Shown here in pieces: positions 64,000 through 64,000 of a DNA stretch of 64,000 nt (position 1 is its first letter; every line of letters begins with the position of its first letter). Source of the stretch: an uncultured Planctomycetales bacterium (GTDB lineage: Bacteria; Omnitrophota; Gorgyraeia; Gygaellales; Profunditerraquicolaceae); contig CAYHBB010000040.1 of assembly GCA_964354795.1 (NCBI GenBank), forward strand, positions 76,593-140,592, read 5' to 3'. Made by a program: the position numbers and the translations under genes. The notes beneath the pieces were generated by a model, which was given only the letters and a program-made list of their open reading frames with translations, had not been told where the DNA came from and did not search any database.

Positions 64000-64000
64000 C

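Noticed and set aside
59935-63396. Separate galE, rmlB and galE genes in an operon
   Set aside because: I found no stop codons between them; they are joined in frame, so they are reported as domains with no gene symbols.
1-64000. Reading the window as non-coding or pseudogenised DNA, or as using an alternative genetic code, because the track has only short ORFs
   Set aside because: One minus-strand frame translates with the standard code into coherent domains without stops, so no reassignment is needed.

Overview
The window appears to be one interior slice of a single giant minus-strand gene. The minus-strand frame whose codons occupy + positions 1-3, 4-6, ... 63997-63999 had no stop in any block I translated. 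None of the 17 minus-strand ORFs in the supplied track uses that frame, as expected if a start-to-stop caller found no stop there. That gives at least 21,333 codons, open at both window edges. The track's + strand ORFs are antisense shadows. Read N to C (high to low coordinate), the product chains more than 35 domains: cytidine deaminase-like, GalE-like, RmlB-like, GalE-like, GDP-glucose phosphorylase-like HIT, M50 site-2 protease, GNAT, methyltransferase-like, phosphohexomutase, HD, glycogen phosphorylase-like, GT9, Glu/Leu dehydrogenase, sigma-70 region 4, transglutaminase-like, TPR, UPF1-like helicase, Ser/Thr kinase, NagB-like, PAS, receivers, Gfo/Idh/MocA, PglC-like, YrbL-like kinase, PD-(D/E)xK-like, P-loop, HADs, HemK-like, URO-D/MtaA-like, Nudix, CheB, LysM. 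Many are separated by a recurring hydrophobic hairpin linker. This resembles the giant multi-domain membrane proteins reported from Ca. Omnitrophota (taxonomy is inference). The most unusual details are: (i) an apparently complete small gene with a perfect SD and a downstream hairpin, nested out of frame inside the giant ORF at 57.5-57.8 kb; (ii) a repeated stem-loop with compensatory base changes at 44.75-44.97 and 57.85-57.95 kb; (iii) DNA-level repeated TM linkers and REP-like palindromes at module junctions; (iv) internal signal-peptide-like segments plus an embedded intramembrane protease, suggesting polyprotein processing; (v) several domains with eroded catalytic residues. All translation was by hand and domain boundaries are approximate.
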